The notes beneath the pieces are model-generated. The model did no database searches. It saw only the letters and a list, made by a program, of their open reading frames with translations, and was not told the origin of the DNA. From NCBI GenBank assembly GCA_028713535.1, contig JAQTOC010000003.1:7556-71555 (forward strand): a DNA stretch of 64,000 bases, in the 5' to 3' direction. Both the position numbers and the translations under genes were made by a program. The DNA is from Candidatus Nanoarchaeia archaeon (GTDB lineage Archaea; Nanobdellota; Nanobdellia; SCGC-AAA011-G17; JACPNG01). The stretch's first letter is position 1. Every line of letters begins with the position of its first letter. Of the stretch, positions 19,217-28,665 are shown piece after piece.

Positions 19217-19852
19217 ATGAACAAAAAGAGGCTGGTTATTTTTATTAGTCTGATACTTATGGTGTTGCTTTTCTTCCTAAGCGAGACCATCTTGGGGTAT
19301 GTTATTTATCCAAATTCAACCCCCTCAGTTTCAGGGGGTTCAGACATCCTTGATATTTATTATCAATACGCAAACTGGATTGATTTTATATTGTTCCTTA
19401 TGATATTCCTTGGGATTGGCCAGGTCACAATAGGGAAGAGATTTGAGGGCTCAGGCAAGATTATCTTTGTTGCAGTAGGCATTGTGCTTGCTCTAGCTTT
19501 GTTAATCTGGGAAAATCGTACAGGATTTTATCTTCTTGAAGAGTTTGGGGGCATAATTTTCTGGGTTTTGATAATACTCCTTATCATCTTTGTGATAAAA
19601 AAATTCTCAGGCTCTGTAGGTGGTCTTAGCGTTGGAATTCCGATTGTTTTGCTTGTTGCCTATTTCCTTCTGTACGGAAAGATATTGTGGATGGAATATA
19701 TCTTTGAGGGATTTGCAAACAGTTACCCGCTTAACACGATATTTTATTCTCCGGGAATTTATAATATATTTTTCTTTGTCCACTGGATATGTGTTTTTGT
19801 TTTAATCTGGATGATCATCAAGTATGTCAAAGAGAAAAAAGGTTCATCATGA
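19217..19852 (+). CDS. polytopic membrane protein (211 aa)
   Basis: ~6 hydrophobic helices; first gene of a translationally coupled operon. Confidence 0.5.
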   Translation: MNKKRLVIFISLILMVLLFFLSETILGYVIYPNSTPSVSGGSDILDIYYQYANWIDFILFLMIFLGIGQVTIGKRFEGSGKIIFVAVGIVLALALLIWENRTGFYLLEEFGGIIFWVLIILLIIFVIKKFSGSVGGLSVGIPIVLLVAYFLLYGKILWMEYIFEGFANSYPLNTIFYSPGIYNIFFFVHWICVFVLIWMIIKYVKEKKGSS

Positions 19853-19962
19853 AAAAAGGGTTTTCCTCAACAAAAGTTATAGTTGGATTAATACTTTTTA
19901 TTATATTTGCAATCATTGTTGCTTTGGCAATGAGTGGCATGCTTAAGACGCTGTTAAAATGA
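19849..19962 (+). CDS. small (37 aa) membrane peptide with prepilin-like N-terminus
   Basis: MKKG-FSSTKVIVGLILFIIFAIIVALAM; ATG overlaps upstream stop and its stop overlaps the next ATG (ATGA); not in ORF track (<60 aa). Confidence 0.35.
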   Translation: MKKGFSSTKVIVGLILFIIFAIIVALAMSGMLKTLLK

Positions 19963-21077
19963 ACAAGAAAGGAATGGAGATGGAAACAGTAGTGAAGATG
20001 ATTCTTACAATTGTTTCTTTTATTATTATCTTTTTTGTTATGAGTATCTGGTTGATTCCCACAATGAATGATTCGTACAAGGATGCGGTTTGTAAGTTTA
20101 GCCTGTATATGGCTTCCTATTCCAGAGGAGGAATTCCTTTTATTGGAGTCAAGACTGGTTCTGTATTCAAGTTAAACTGCCCGATGCATGAAAGAAAAAT
20201 AAGTTCTCCAGATAAAGAAGAAACCATGAAAACAATTGCAAAAGAATCTGCAAGTTGCTGGAGTAAATTAGGAGAGGGCAACGTGGATTTTTATTCAGAC
20301 ATTAACTGGCCATGGGACCAAGGAACTGTCTTTTGTGTTATCTGTTCTAAACTAGAGCCAAAATCAACAAGTTATGATCAGTTCATCAACAATGATGATT
20401 ACATTAAGTTCCTTGCTGAAACTACATATCCAAAAGAAAAACTTACTTACTTAGAATACCTTGCTGGAGGCAAGGATAAGACTCTTCCTTCTTTTGTTGA
20501 GATGGAGTCTTCCTCTATTGCAGTTACAAAAGAAAATCCTTTGTATATTATATTTGCTGTGGATAAAAGTGAAGGCGTTGGTGAAAAATTTGCAAGAGCA
20601 TTTGGAATAGAAAATGAAGATGTTATTTCTTTGGCTGCAGCCCTAAAAGTTAAAGGGATGGCATCGTCTTCTGGAACCAAGGTTGGAGCAACAGCAGATA
20701 CAGCAGGAGACCTAGGTAAGTTAAGGGAGAAAGCAGATGGTCTTCTTACAAGTATAAGAAAGATGCCTGAAGGTTCTGCAGAGCGTATTGCTGCAAGAGC
20801 AGAGATGGATAATCTCTTGGCAAGGATTGGAACATTGATGAAAACAAATCCTGCAGAAGCAGGAATTGGTACAAAAGCCATAAAAGGCATATCAAAATTT
20901 ACAATAAAACCAGTTGCAAAAGTAGGATCCAAAGCACTAAAAGCCCTTCCTTATGTTGGAACCGCATTTATTATTATCGATGTATCCTCTTCAATCTTCG
21001 TATCGAAAAACTTTAATGCTAAGATACTCTACTTAAATTCAGAGCAGGCAGCAGGAGTATGTGATGAACTTATCTAA
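19959..21077 (+). CDS. membrane-anchored/secreted hypothetical protein (372 aa)
   Basis: MNKKG + hydrophobic anchor, Cys pairs, Ala/Gly/Lys-rich C-terminal half. Confidence 0.5.
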   Translation: MNKKGMEMETVVKMILTIVSFIIIFFVMSIWLIPTMNDSYKDAVCKFSLYMASYSRGGIPFIGVKTGSVFKLNCPMHERKISSPDKEETMKTIAKESASCWSKLGEGNVDFYSDINWPWDQGTVFCVICSKLEPKSTSYDQFINNDDYIKFLAETTYPKEKLTYLEYLAGGKDKTLPSFVEMESSSIAVTKENPLYIIFAVDKSEGVGEKFARAFGIENEDVISLAAALKVKGMASSSGTKVGATADTAGDLGKLREKADGLLTSIRKMPEGSAERIAARAEMDNLLARIGTLMKTNPAEAGIGTKAIKGISKFTIKPVAKVGSKALKALPYVGTAFIIIDVSSSIFVSKNFNAKILYLNSEQAAGVCDELI

Positions 21078-21213
21078 GAAAGGATCTTTGCACTGGGACA
21101 AGTTAGGAAATATCTTAATAGTCCTTTTTCTTTTAGTTGTCCTGATAATTATTTACTTAATTTTCAAGGACAAAATGGTTGAGGTGATTGAAAAATTCAA
21201 AGAATTTGTCTGA
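21064..21213 (+). CDS. small (50 aa) single-TM peptide
   Basis: MNLSKKGSLHWDKLGNILIVLFLLVVLIIIYLIF...; overlaps the upstream gene's stop; below ORF-track cutoff. Confidence 0.25.
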   Translation: MNLSKKGSLHWDKLGNILIVLFLLVVLIIIYLIFKDKMVEVIEKFKEFV

Positions 21214-21345
21214 ACAAAAAAGGGGTTGCAGTAAGGGAGATAATTACTATTATCCTTGTTTTGGTTGTAGTGATACTTATGATCCTATTTGCAAAAAACA
21301 TAATGCATTTAAAAGACCTAATCTTAAAAATATTTAAACTTTAAA

Positions 21346-22965
21346 ATGAAATACAATAGAAGAGGGGAAAGCACGTCACAAACCACAATAATATGGTGGA
21401 TTATTGGGTTAGTTGTTTTAGTCTTGATAATAGTTGCATTCCTGTTCTTTTGGTCAAGCTCCAAGAGAAAAACAGGCTCAATACAGGAACAGATTGAGGG
21501 TGTTGACTTAAACCTTGGGGACTTTTTCCAGGATGTAAGTGATCTAACGCAAGGAAAAGACTTAAAGTCTGTAGCTCTTGATTTAAGCATAAAATGCAGT
21601 GAAAGTTTTTCTGAAACAGAAAATAAGGAGCTGCTGAAAACGTTTGAAATAGGTTATAAGGATGCAAAAGAAAGAAAGCTCCCTGAAATTGAGGAAGGGT
21701 TCAAAACAAAAACAATGGAATGTAATCTTATTCTCAGGGATTATGATGAAGCAAAGAAATATGGTTATGATCTTGACAAGGTTTGTGATGGCAGCTGGAA
21801 CTCAGAACTAATAAACCAAATTGATATTATCACAAAGAAAACACCAATCCTTACTGAGGCTCAGCTTGAAAAAGCAAAAACAGATCTTAAAAATATTTGT
21901 GACCTCGAGGATAAGGACCTTAATAAGGATGTAAAGGCAAGAATCGAAGCTGCGATAAATGAGCTGGATGCAATGAAGCTTACATTGTTCAAATTAAATG
22001 ACCAGGACGAGACTGTAAAAGAATTTTCAAAAAAATTCAATGGATTAGTCCAGAAAACCATAGCTAAAGATTATACAGGAGCATTGGCAGATACAGGAGA
22101 TTTAATCAATAAAGTTAATGATCTTAAATACAAGAATATAGCAGAAAACAAGTATATTAAAACAAAGATTAAAACGATTTTGTACTTAATAAAATCAAGA
22201 TTGGTAATATACTCTGGCGGAAACTGCAATGATATCCCTACAGTTACAAACTACAAGGAGTTTGTAGGAACTTTATTCTCAGAAACGTCATTTAGCACTT
22301 ACTTTGATACAGGTCAAAAAGATTTTGAGGGATTTAAGGGAGTTATTGATTCTGCACCAAGCGCAGGAAGTTTAGACAGCACAGTCTACCCAGATGTCCA
22401 GCTTGCTTTTGACAAGGCAACCTGCCAGAAAAACAAGGGAAGCTTGGCTACAGCAGTAAAAATTTATGAAGACCTGCTTAAAAATTCAGACCTAAACGAA
22501 AACTCAAACATATACCCTGCAATTGTGATGGTGTTTGATGACTACTGCAACAATGCTAACGAAGGAAAAGCGCGTTCTACTGTAATGAACTGCGAAGACA
22601 GAAGTTTTGTCTCAGGCCAGAAAGGATTGTCTCACTGTGTGTTTATTGATGATTATGATGATTCAAATCTACATATAGCTGGCGTAACCCTTGACTTTGG
22701 GGCTAATGAAGGCTCATGTGTTTCTTGTGCAAGCGTTTTAAGAAGTTCCAGAAACTGCAAGGCCTATGAGCCAACAAACAAGGTCTGGTTAAGAGGGCAA
22801 AAAAGCATAGTGGATTTATATGCCTCTTTTGGTGATGATCACGAGGAAGGGTTTGGATCAAACTGGGACAGCACATGTGAAGATGATCCATGCAACTTCA
22901 ATAATGGAAATTGTAATCCTGTAGATGAATCTAATGTTTATGATGACAAGTGTCTTTCATCTTAA
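21346..22965 (+). CDS. secreted hypothetical protein with Cys-rich C-terminal region (539 aa)
   Basis: N-terminal 'RRG' + hydrophobic anchor; ~20 Cys concentrated in last 200 aa. Confidence 0.55.
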   Translation: MKYNRRGESTSQTTIIWWIIGLVVLVLIIVAFLFFWSSSKRKTGSIQEQIEGVDLNLGDFFQDVSDLTQGKDLKSVALDLSIKCSESFSETENKELLKTFEIGYKDAKERKLPEIEEGFKTKTMECNLILRDYDEAKKYGYDLDKVCDGSWNSELINQIDIITKKTPILTEAQLEKAKTDLKNICDLEDKDLNKDVKARIEAAINELDAMKLTLFKLNDQDETVKEFSKKFNGLVQKTIAKDYTGALADTGDLINKVNDLKYKNIAENKYIKTKIKTILYLIKSRLVIYSGGNCNDIPTVTNYKEFVGTLFSETSFSTYFDTGQKDFEGFKGVIDSAPSAGSLDSTVYPDVQLAFDKATCQKNKGSLATAVKIYEDLLKNSDLNENSNIYPAIVMVFDDYCNNANEGKARSTVMNCEDRSFVSGQKGLSHCVFIDDYDDSNLHIAGVTLDFGANEGSCVSCASVLRSSRNCKAYEPTNKVWLRGQKSIVDLYASFGDDHEEGFGSNWDSTCEDDPCNFNNGNCNPVDESNVYDDKCLSS

Positions 22966-23009
22966 AATTTAAAGAAACCAGATACAAATTCCTAAATAAA
23001 AATAAAAAA

Positions 23010-23309
23010 TTAGCCGAATAAGGCTCCAAGTCCTGCTGCTGCCTCTTCAGCTTTTTTCTCTTGATCTTCTTCTTTGTGTTCTTCTTTCTTCTCTGCATGG
23101 CTACTTGCTACCGGACCAGCACTTGCTACTGGAATTGCAGCTTCTTCAATTGCCTTGTCAATGTCAACACCATCAAGAGCAGCCACTAATGCTTTAATCT
23201 GACTACCATCTAAACTTAGTCCCACTGCATCAGCTACTTTCTTTACGTTGCCTTCGTTAATTTCTTTTCCTGCTTTGTGCAACAGCATTGCGATATAGAC
23301 TAGCTCCAT
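23010..23309 (-). CDS. rpl12: 50S ribosomal stalk protein P1 (L12)
   Basis: '[19 protein letters not shown]' archaeal P1 N-terminus, Ala/Glu-rich hinge, C-terminal 'GLGALFG'. Confidence 0.85.
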   Translation of the reverse strand: MELVYIAMLLHKAGKEINEGNVKKVADAVGLSLDGSQIKALVAALDGVDIDKAIEEAAIPVASAGPVASSHAEKKEEHKEEDQEKKAEEAAAGLGALFG

Positions 23310-23327
23310 TTTAAACCTCCATCATGA

Positions 23328-24230
23328 TTATCGTTGGATTTCTCCGCCTGCCTCTCCCCACATAATTTTTTTGGTCAGGTCCTCTACCTCTTTTACCTTT
23401 TCTTCCTCACTAACTTCTTGAGTATTATTTTCTGTCTTGGTTTCAATGTTTAATTTTCCATCTACAGCTTTAGCTTCTATTTCAGCTTTCTTGATCATTA
23501 GCTCAACAGACTCCTTGCTGTAAATTCCAGCATATACTGCCAAATTAATAGACCACCTGTAAATGTTCTTGATGTCATTGATGACTTTTGCTTCATCGAT
23601 TCCAAGCACGTCTCTTTCATACATTACTCCGTTTTCATAAGCAAATATTAAGTTAATTCCAACTTCCATTGGTTCTATCTTTAATTTTGTCAAAACATCA
23701 GCAACTTTTGGTTTTATTATATCTCCGGCTTTGACAAGCAGCTTGTCATCCATGATAGAGACTTTTCCTTCTTCTACTCCTGTTTTTATTCCAAGCTGTC
23801 CTAGCTCTCCTATGATTGGGCCAGGAGCAAAAGGAGTTTTTCCTTTTTTTATGTAAATATCATTTGGAGCAGTCTGCCCAGCCTTTGCTGGTGCTGAGGA
23901 TTTTTCTTTTTGTAATTGTTTGTATAGCTTGAATGGATTTTCCTTGCTGAACACAACAGCAGGCATTCCGTTTACTTTTCCTTTTAATGTTTCAGTATCT
24001 TTTATTTTGTCTTTCAATTGGTCTAATGCAATCTTAATTAATCTTTTTTTGCCAACTTTAACAATTGCTTTCCCTGTAAGCTGTTTTTTCATTCTCTGTA
24101 ATTGTAAGGCTGGTAGGTTAGTGAGGTCTGCTACTCCGAAGACAGGATACTGGCTGATTAACCTCTTCATGTCTTCTACAGCGTCCTTTTTCCTTTGTGA
24201 AATTTTCTTACTCATTTTTTCCAATGACAA
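23328..24230 (-). CDS. rpl10: 50S ribosomal protein L10 (P0)
   Basis: 300 aa, archaeal P0 layout with acidic C-tail ending in the stalk consensus; sits in the L1-L10-L12 operon. Confidence 0.88.
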   Translation of the reverse strand: MSLEKMSKKISQRKKDAVEDMKRLISQYPVFGVADLTNLPALQLQRMKKQLTGKAIVKVGKKRLIKIALDQLKDKIKDTETLKGKVNGMPAVVFSKENPFKLYKQLQKEKSSAPAKAGQTAPNDIYIKKGKTPFAPGPIIGELGQLGIKTGVEEGKVSIMDDKLLVKAGDIIKPKVADVLTKLKIEPMEVGINLIFAYENGVMYERDVLGIDEAKVINDIKNIYRWSINLAVYAGIYSKESVELMIKKAEIEAKAVDGKLNIETKTENNTQEVSEEEKVKEVEDLTKKIMWGEAGGEIQR

Positions 24231-24858
24231 CTGGTTTTCCCATTGTTGTTTTGATCATCATGTTTTTTAAGTTCTGTTGTTCCTGTGGCAAATGATGTAT
24301 CACATAATTGTAAATGACCATTACGTTTTCAGCCACATCATCATCTTTTGAACTTTCCTTGCCGATAGGCACCTTAACAGACAAGTCCTTGTTTGTGAAT
24401 ATTCTTACTGTGTTTTGTAATTTTTCCTTTGTTTCTTTTAGGTTTGCAGTTGGAGGAATAACCTGGCCACCTTTTGGGCTTGGCATTTTTCCCCTCATCC
24501 CCAGTATTTTACCAAACTTCTTAGCAATGTCAACCATTATGTTTGCCTGAGCAATGAAAATATCATATTTTTTTCCTAGTTTTTTTACAGCCTTGTCATC
24601 ATAGTTTTTGAAATCATCTTTTGCTAGGAATCCATCAAGGTCCTTGGCCTGGGTAGTCATGTCCTTGTCAATTAAACCAAAAACCGTTCTTTTTGTGCCA
24701 ATCTTGTGTGGCAAGGTTATGAAGTAATCAACTTTCTGGTTAGTGTCCTTTAAGTTGATGCCTCTTAAATTAAGAATTAAATCAAAGGTTTGATCAAATT
24801 TCTTTTTGGGTTGTTCTCTTACCTTCTTGATTGCGTTTAATACTTCTTGTTTATCCAT
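24208..24858 (-). CDS. rpl1: 50S ribosomal protein L1
   Basis: 216 aa, L1 fold motifs 'FDQTFDLILNLRGINLKD', 'VIGKNE'; operon position. Confidence 0.88.
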   Translation of the reverse strand: MDKQEVLNAIKKVREQPKKKFDQTFDLILNLRGINLKDTNQKVDYFITLPHKIGTKRTVFGLIDKDMTTQAKDLDGFLAKDDFKNYDDKAVKKLGKKYDIFIAQANIMVDIAKKFGKILGMRGKMPSPKGGQVIPPTANLKETKEKLQNTVRIFTNKDLSVKVPIGKESSKDDDVAENVMVIYNYVIHHLPQEQQNLKNMMIKTTMGKPVVIGKNE

Positions 24859-24925
24859 TTTTCTCTCCTACTATCAAAGTAGTCTTAACGAGTATGTTTT
24901 AGCTGAAATTAAGGGTTTATAAACC

Positions 24926-25426
24926 TTACTGAATCAAAACAACATACAATTTTTCAAAGAATAGAGCCTCTTCCCCAAGGATTTTAGTCTTTAGGCCATA
25001 CTTCTTTGCTAACTCCAAAACATCCACAGAAAGAGAACTGTAAACCATCAAGCACTTCCCATTTTTATTAAGGTGCTCTTTTAATTCTTTTAAGAATCTT
25101 TCAATAACTTTGTCATCTGTGGTTATTACCCTTATTTCCTCATCTTCATCAGGGTCATAAGGCAGATAAGGAGGATTAAAAATAATCAAATCAAACCTAT
25201 CCTTTACATTAGAAAATAAGTCAGAAACAACAGCATTAATCCCTTTTTTCCTGCAAGCTTCAATAGCTTCTTTGTTTATATCCACAGCCAAAACATCTTT
25301 TGTTTTTTCCAAAGCAATCTCAGCCAGATACCCAGAACCAGTTCCCATGTCCAAGACTTTGCCTTTGGAATATTCTCTAACAAACTTTCCAAGCAAGAAA
25401 CTATCCTCTCTGGGTTCGTATATCAT
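24926..25426 (-). CDS. class I SAM methyltransferase with NPPY motif (Mtq2/HemK-like N5-glutamine MTase)
   Basis: SAM motif I 'VLDMGTGSGYLA', motif IV 'IIFNPPYLP'; 166 aa. Confidence 0.7.
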   Translation of the reverse strand: MIYEPREDSFLLGKFVREYSKGKVLDMGTGSGYLAEIALEKTKDVLAVDINKEAIEACRKKGINAVVSDLFSNVKDRFDLIIFNPPYLPYDPDEDEEIRVITTDDKVIERFLKELKEHLNKNGKCLMVYSSLSVDVLELAKKYGLKTKILGEEALFFEKLYVVLIQ

Positions 25427-25456
25427 ATAAAAAATAAAAGAAAAAGATTAATAAAT

Positions 25457-25648
25457 TTATTCAAAAAGTGTTTCCTCATCAATCTGAAGATCTTCATCAA
25501 CTTCGTCTAAGCTTTCTTCATCAAGAGTTTCTTCACTTATTCCGCTTTCTTTGTCAAACTCATCACTAGGCCCTTCTGAAGAAGTTTGGCATCCAACTAA
25601 AAAGACCAATGAAAGCACCAAAACAACTGAAATTATCTTTTTGATCAC
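25457..25648 (-). CDS. small acidic lipoprotein-like peptide
   Basis: Signal + 'LVGC' lipobox-like then D/E-rich tail. Confidence 0.4.
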   Translation of the reverse strand: MIKKIISVVLVLSLVFLVGCQTSSEGPSDEFDKESGISEETLDEESLDEVDEDLQIDEETLFE

Positions 25649-25649
25649 T

Positions 25650-26735
25650 TTAATCCACCTCTTTTATGATGTTTGGTTTAATCCCATTAGCCTTTAGTTC
25701 CTTATAAGCTTTTTTCAATGCCTCATGAGCAGCCTTTAAGTTGTTTCTCATGTCTTCAAAGTAAGTCTTAGCTTCTTTAAGTACAGCCAGCTTTTCATCC
25801 CCGGTTTTAGCCTTAGCATCTTCTATTTTTGCAGTGAACTTTGTATAAGCCTCTTCAGCCAAGACCATCTTAGCATCGAATTCAGTCATGTAAGTCTCTG
25901 CTTCACCAATTTCAGTTCCGGCTGTTTTTGCATCAGCGATTGTAACCTCTAAGTTATCTCCAAGGGTTCCCAATCTTTCCATTAGGTTTACCAAAGAATT
26001 TTTTGCATTCAATGTAACAGCAAGCCTTTCCTTTTCTCTTATTCTGTTCCATGCCTGGTTTATTTCCTTGGCAATCTCTTTTAATTCTTCTCTTGTTGTT
26101 GCAGCACCTACCTTAACTTTAAGGTCTTCAATGTTCTTGATTTCAGCATCAATCGCAGCAATCAATTCAGTTGCTTCTTCTTCAGTAATTTCCTCATTGC
26201 TTTCTATTTTGCTTTTAACTTTTTCAAGATGGGATATCATTTTGTCTGCAGATCTTGTTACAACTTCCTTTACATGCTCAATTAATTTAGTTTCTTTTTC
26301 AGTGCAGTTTTCAGTGCATTCTTTTCTTGCTTTTTTAGCCTCTTCCCATGCTAGTTTCTTTTCTTCAAATTCTAGTTTTGACTTCTCAAATTTTTCCTTG
26401 GCTCTCAGGAAATTTTCTTTTGCCTTGTCAATTTTGATTTTGTTTAGGGCTCTTTCCTTATTTGCTATGACATTTTCAAATCTTTCCTGCCAGGTTTTTT
26501 TGCCTGAATCATCACTTTCTTCATCTTCAGTTTCGTCTTCATCATCAGCACCCTGTTCCATTGTTCGTATTTGTATGTCTTCTCCCTGGTTTTTGATTTC
26601 ATTCGTTTCTTCTTCTAAACCGTCGTTTCCATTACCTTGTCCGTTTTCCTTAGCTAAAATCCCTGAAGGGATTATTCCTAAAAGAAAAACAAGCAAGATT
26701 GTCATTCCAATTATTTTCTTCATATTATCCTCCAA
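25650..26735 (-). CDS. secreted coiled-coil protein (361 aa)
   Basis: Sec-type signal (…IPSGILA|KENG), extended Glu/Lys heptad-rich sequence. Confidence 0.5.
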   Translation of the reverse strand: MEDNMKKIIGMTILLVFLLGIIPSGILAKENGQGNGNDGLEEETNEIKNQGEDIQIRTMEQGADDEDETEDEESDDSGKKTWQERFENVIANKERALNKIKIDKAKENFLRAKEKFEKSKLEFEEKKLAWEEAKKARKECTENCTEKETKLIEHVKEVVTRSADKMISHLEKVKSKIESNEEITEEEATELIAAIDAEIKNIEDLKVKVGAATTREELKEIAKEINQAWNRIREKERLAVTLNAKNSLVNLMERLGTLGDNLEVTIADAKTAGTEIGEAETYMTEFDAKMVLAEEAYTKFTAKIEDAKAKTGDEKLAVLKEAKTYFEDMRNNLKAAHEALKKAYKELKANGIKPNIIKEVD

Positions 26736-26894
26736 AGTATTATGAAAACCAGAATATCAGTTTCTTTATAAACAAACTTTCAGAATTAAAAACTTAAAAG
26801 TTCATAATCCTTTATAATCCTTCAAAAGAGCAGAAATTGCTTTATTTTTCCCAAAGAAAAGATTTTTATATGAATTTAACCAAAATAATAATAA

Positions 26895-27530
26895 ATGCTC
26901 AAACAAATAATCTTGGCATTAATTTTGGTATCTTCAATAGCCCAGGCAGCAACAATAACTGGAACAATCTATGATTTAGACTTTTCAAAAGTTGAAGAGG
27001 TCCTAGTAACAGTAAACTCAGTTCCAGAACAAAAATATTTTTCCAGTGATGGATCTTATAAGTTTGAGCTTCCTCCAGGAGAGTATACAATAATCGCAAG
27101 ACAGGAAGATCTTTTAGCTGAAGAGAATATAGAAGTTATCTCAGAAGGGAACTATGTAATTGATTTATTTTTGTTTCCTTCATTTGAAGAAGAAACCCAA
27201 CTCTTAGATGAAGAAGAATCTGTTCCAGATGTTGGAGATGGCCCCTCTTCCTGGATATGGATTGTTCCCATCTTTATTCTCATAAGTTTGATTATATTTT
27301 ATTTTCTTAGAAAAAAACCAAAAAAAGAAGAAAAAGAAATAATAAAAGAAGACCTGGAAAAATTGATTCAGATTATAAAAAAACATGGTGGAAGAACAAC
27401 CCAGAAAGAGCTTAGAAAAGAATTATTCTTGTCAGAAGCAAAGATAAGCTTGATGGTTACAGAACTTGAATCCATGAACAAGGTCAAAAGGATCAAGAAA
27501 GGAAGGGCAAACGTAATCATTCTAATTTAA
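26895..27530 (+). CDS. single-pass transmembrane protein: signal peptide + extracytoplasmic beta-sandwich (CarboxypepD_reg-like) + TM + cytoplasmic winged-helix
   Basis: Signal 'LVSSIAQA|A', 'ATITGTIYDLDFSKVEEVLVTVNS...GEYTIIARQ', TM 'WIWIVPIFILISLIIFYFL', C-terminal 'TQKELRKELFLSEAKISLMVTELESMNKVKRIKKGRANVI'. Confidence 0.55.
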   Translation: MLKQIILALILVSSIAQAATITGTIYDLDFSKVEEVLVTVNSVPEQKYFSSDGSYKFELPPGEYTIIARQEDLLAEENIEVISEGNYVIDLFLFPSFEEETQLLDEEESVPDVGDGPSSWIWIVPIFILISLIIFYFLRKKPKKEEKEIIKEDLEKLIQIIKKHGGRTTQKELRKELFLSEAKISLMVTELESMNKVKRIKKGRANVIILI

Positions 27531-27982
27531 AACTTTTTGACAGCCTCAAAGTATTCTCTGACTCGTTCCTGAATGTTTTCAAGGAAGAACTTCTCAATTT
27601 TCTTGTTGTAGATAAGGTCTAAATCTTCAAACTCAGAAACCCTGTAATTATTGTTTACGCATTCAATGATGAAAATATCCTTTAGTTTTTTTAGCTGCCT
27701 TCTTATGTTTGAGGGGGCAACACCCTTAAGCTCAAGATTATTTTCCTTCCTGTAATCAGTTGCTCTTTTCTGGACTTCTGCAGAGCTTAAAGCTTCTTTG
27801 TTTTTTTTGGCAATCAGCAAAACAGCAAGAATATCAACTATAATATCCCTTGAATCTCCGGGTTGCAATAAACCAAGGCTTAAGCAGAATTTTCTTATTA
27901 ATTCCCTGCCTTCAAGGTCAAAAGGTTTTTCATACCTTCTCAACGTAATTTCTGACAGGGGCAGATCCTTGCTTATTCTCAT
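27527..27982 (-). CDS. hypothetical protein (151 aa)
   Basis: Intact ORF convergent with 26895..27530; no motif recognised. Confidence 0.45.
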   Translation of the reverse strand: MRISKDLPLSEITLRRYEKPFDLEGRELIRKFCLSLGLLQPGDSRDIIVDILAVLLIAKKNKEALSSAEVQKRATDYRKENNLELKGVAPSNIRRQLKKLKDIFIIECVNNNYRVSEFEDLDLIYNKKIEKFFLENIQERVREYFEAVKKF

Positions 27983-28013
27983 AGATTAAAGAAAAAATAA
28001 GAGGCTTATAAAT

Positions 28014-28265
28014 TTATTTAATTCTTATTTTAACGCCAGACTTGCATTTTGTGATGTCAAAGCTTTTTGCTTTCTTGCTCTCAGCCCACTTCTTTGCAGC
28101 GTCTTCTGTTTTAAACTTCTTGAATGGTTTTTTATTTGTTATATTATTTACATCTCTAGGAAGGTGTGTTCCAACTCCCATCCTTCTTTTTTGTTTTGTA
28201 TGGATTTTCATGGCTTTCATAGAATAGGAAAACTTTATAAAGATTTTCTTTCTCAACACCCCCAT
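28014..28265 (-). CDS. small basic protein (83 aa)
   Basis: Lys/Arg-rich; possible nucleic-acid binding. Confidence 0.35.
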   Translation of the reverse strand: MGVLRKKIFIKFSYSMKAMKIHTKQKRRMGVGTHLPRDVNNITNKKPFKKFKTEDAAKKWAESKKAKSFDITKCKSGVKIRIK

Positions 28266-28617
28266 GACAACATTAATAGCATGCCTGTCAACAGGAAAAG
28301 GAACCTGGGGTCACGTATCCAGGGTTATCCAAGACCGAGAATGGGAAAAAGTATATCTTATTACAAATGACTTCGGTAAGGAAAACTTTACAAAGGACGA
28401 TAAAACCGAATTTATTGTTATAGATGCAAACAAATCTGTTCTAGAGATTATAGAAGACCTGAAAACAAGCCTTAAGGACAAGGTAAACGGGGATATTGCT
28501 GTGAATATGGTTTCAGGCACAGGAAAGGAGCATATGGCTCTGTTGTCTGCCCTGCTTAAACTCGGAGTTGGAATAAGACTTGTTGCCCTGACAAAGGACG
28601 GCATCCAAGAACTTTGA
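28264..28617 (+). CDS. hypothetical protein (117 aa)
   Basis: Intact ORF; alternating beta/alpha pattern. Confidence 0.4.
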   Translation: MTTLIACLSTGKGTWGHVSRVIQDREWEKVYLITNDFGKENFTKDDKTEFIVIDANKSVLEIIEDLKTSLKDKVNGDIAVNMVSGTGKEHMALLSALLKLGVGIRLVALTKDGIQEL

Positions 28618-28665
28618 TTTTCTTAAAAAATAAAATTTATAAACTCTTAAAATTCCAAAACAGTC

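Noticed and set aside
26068-26745. 225-aa Ser-rich plus-strand ORF
   Set aside because: Antisense shadow of the Glu/Lys-rich coiled-coil gene 25650..26735.
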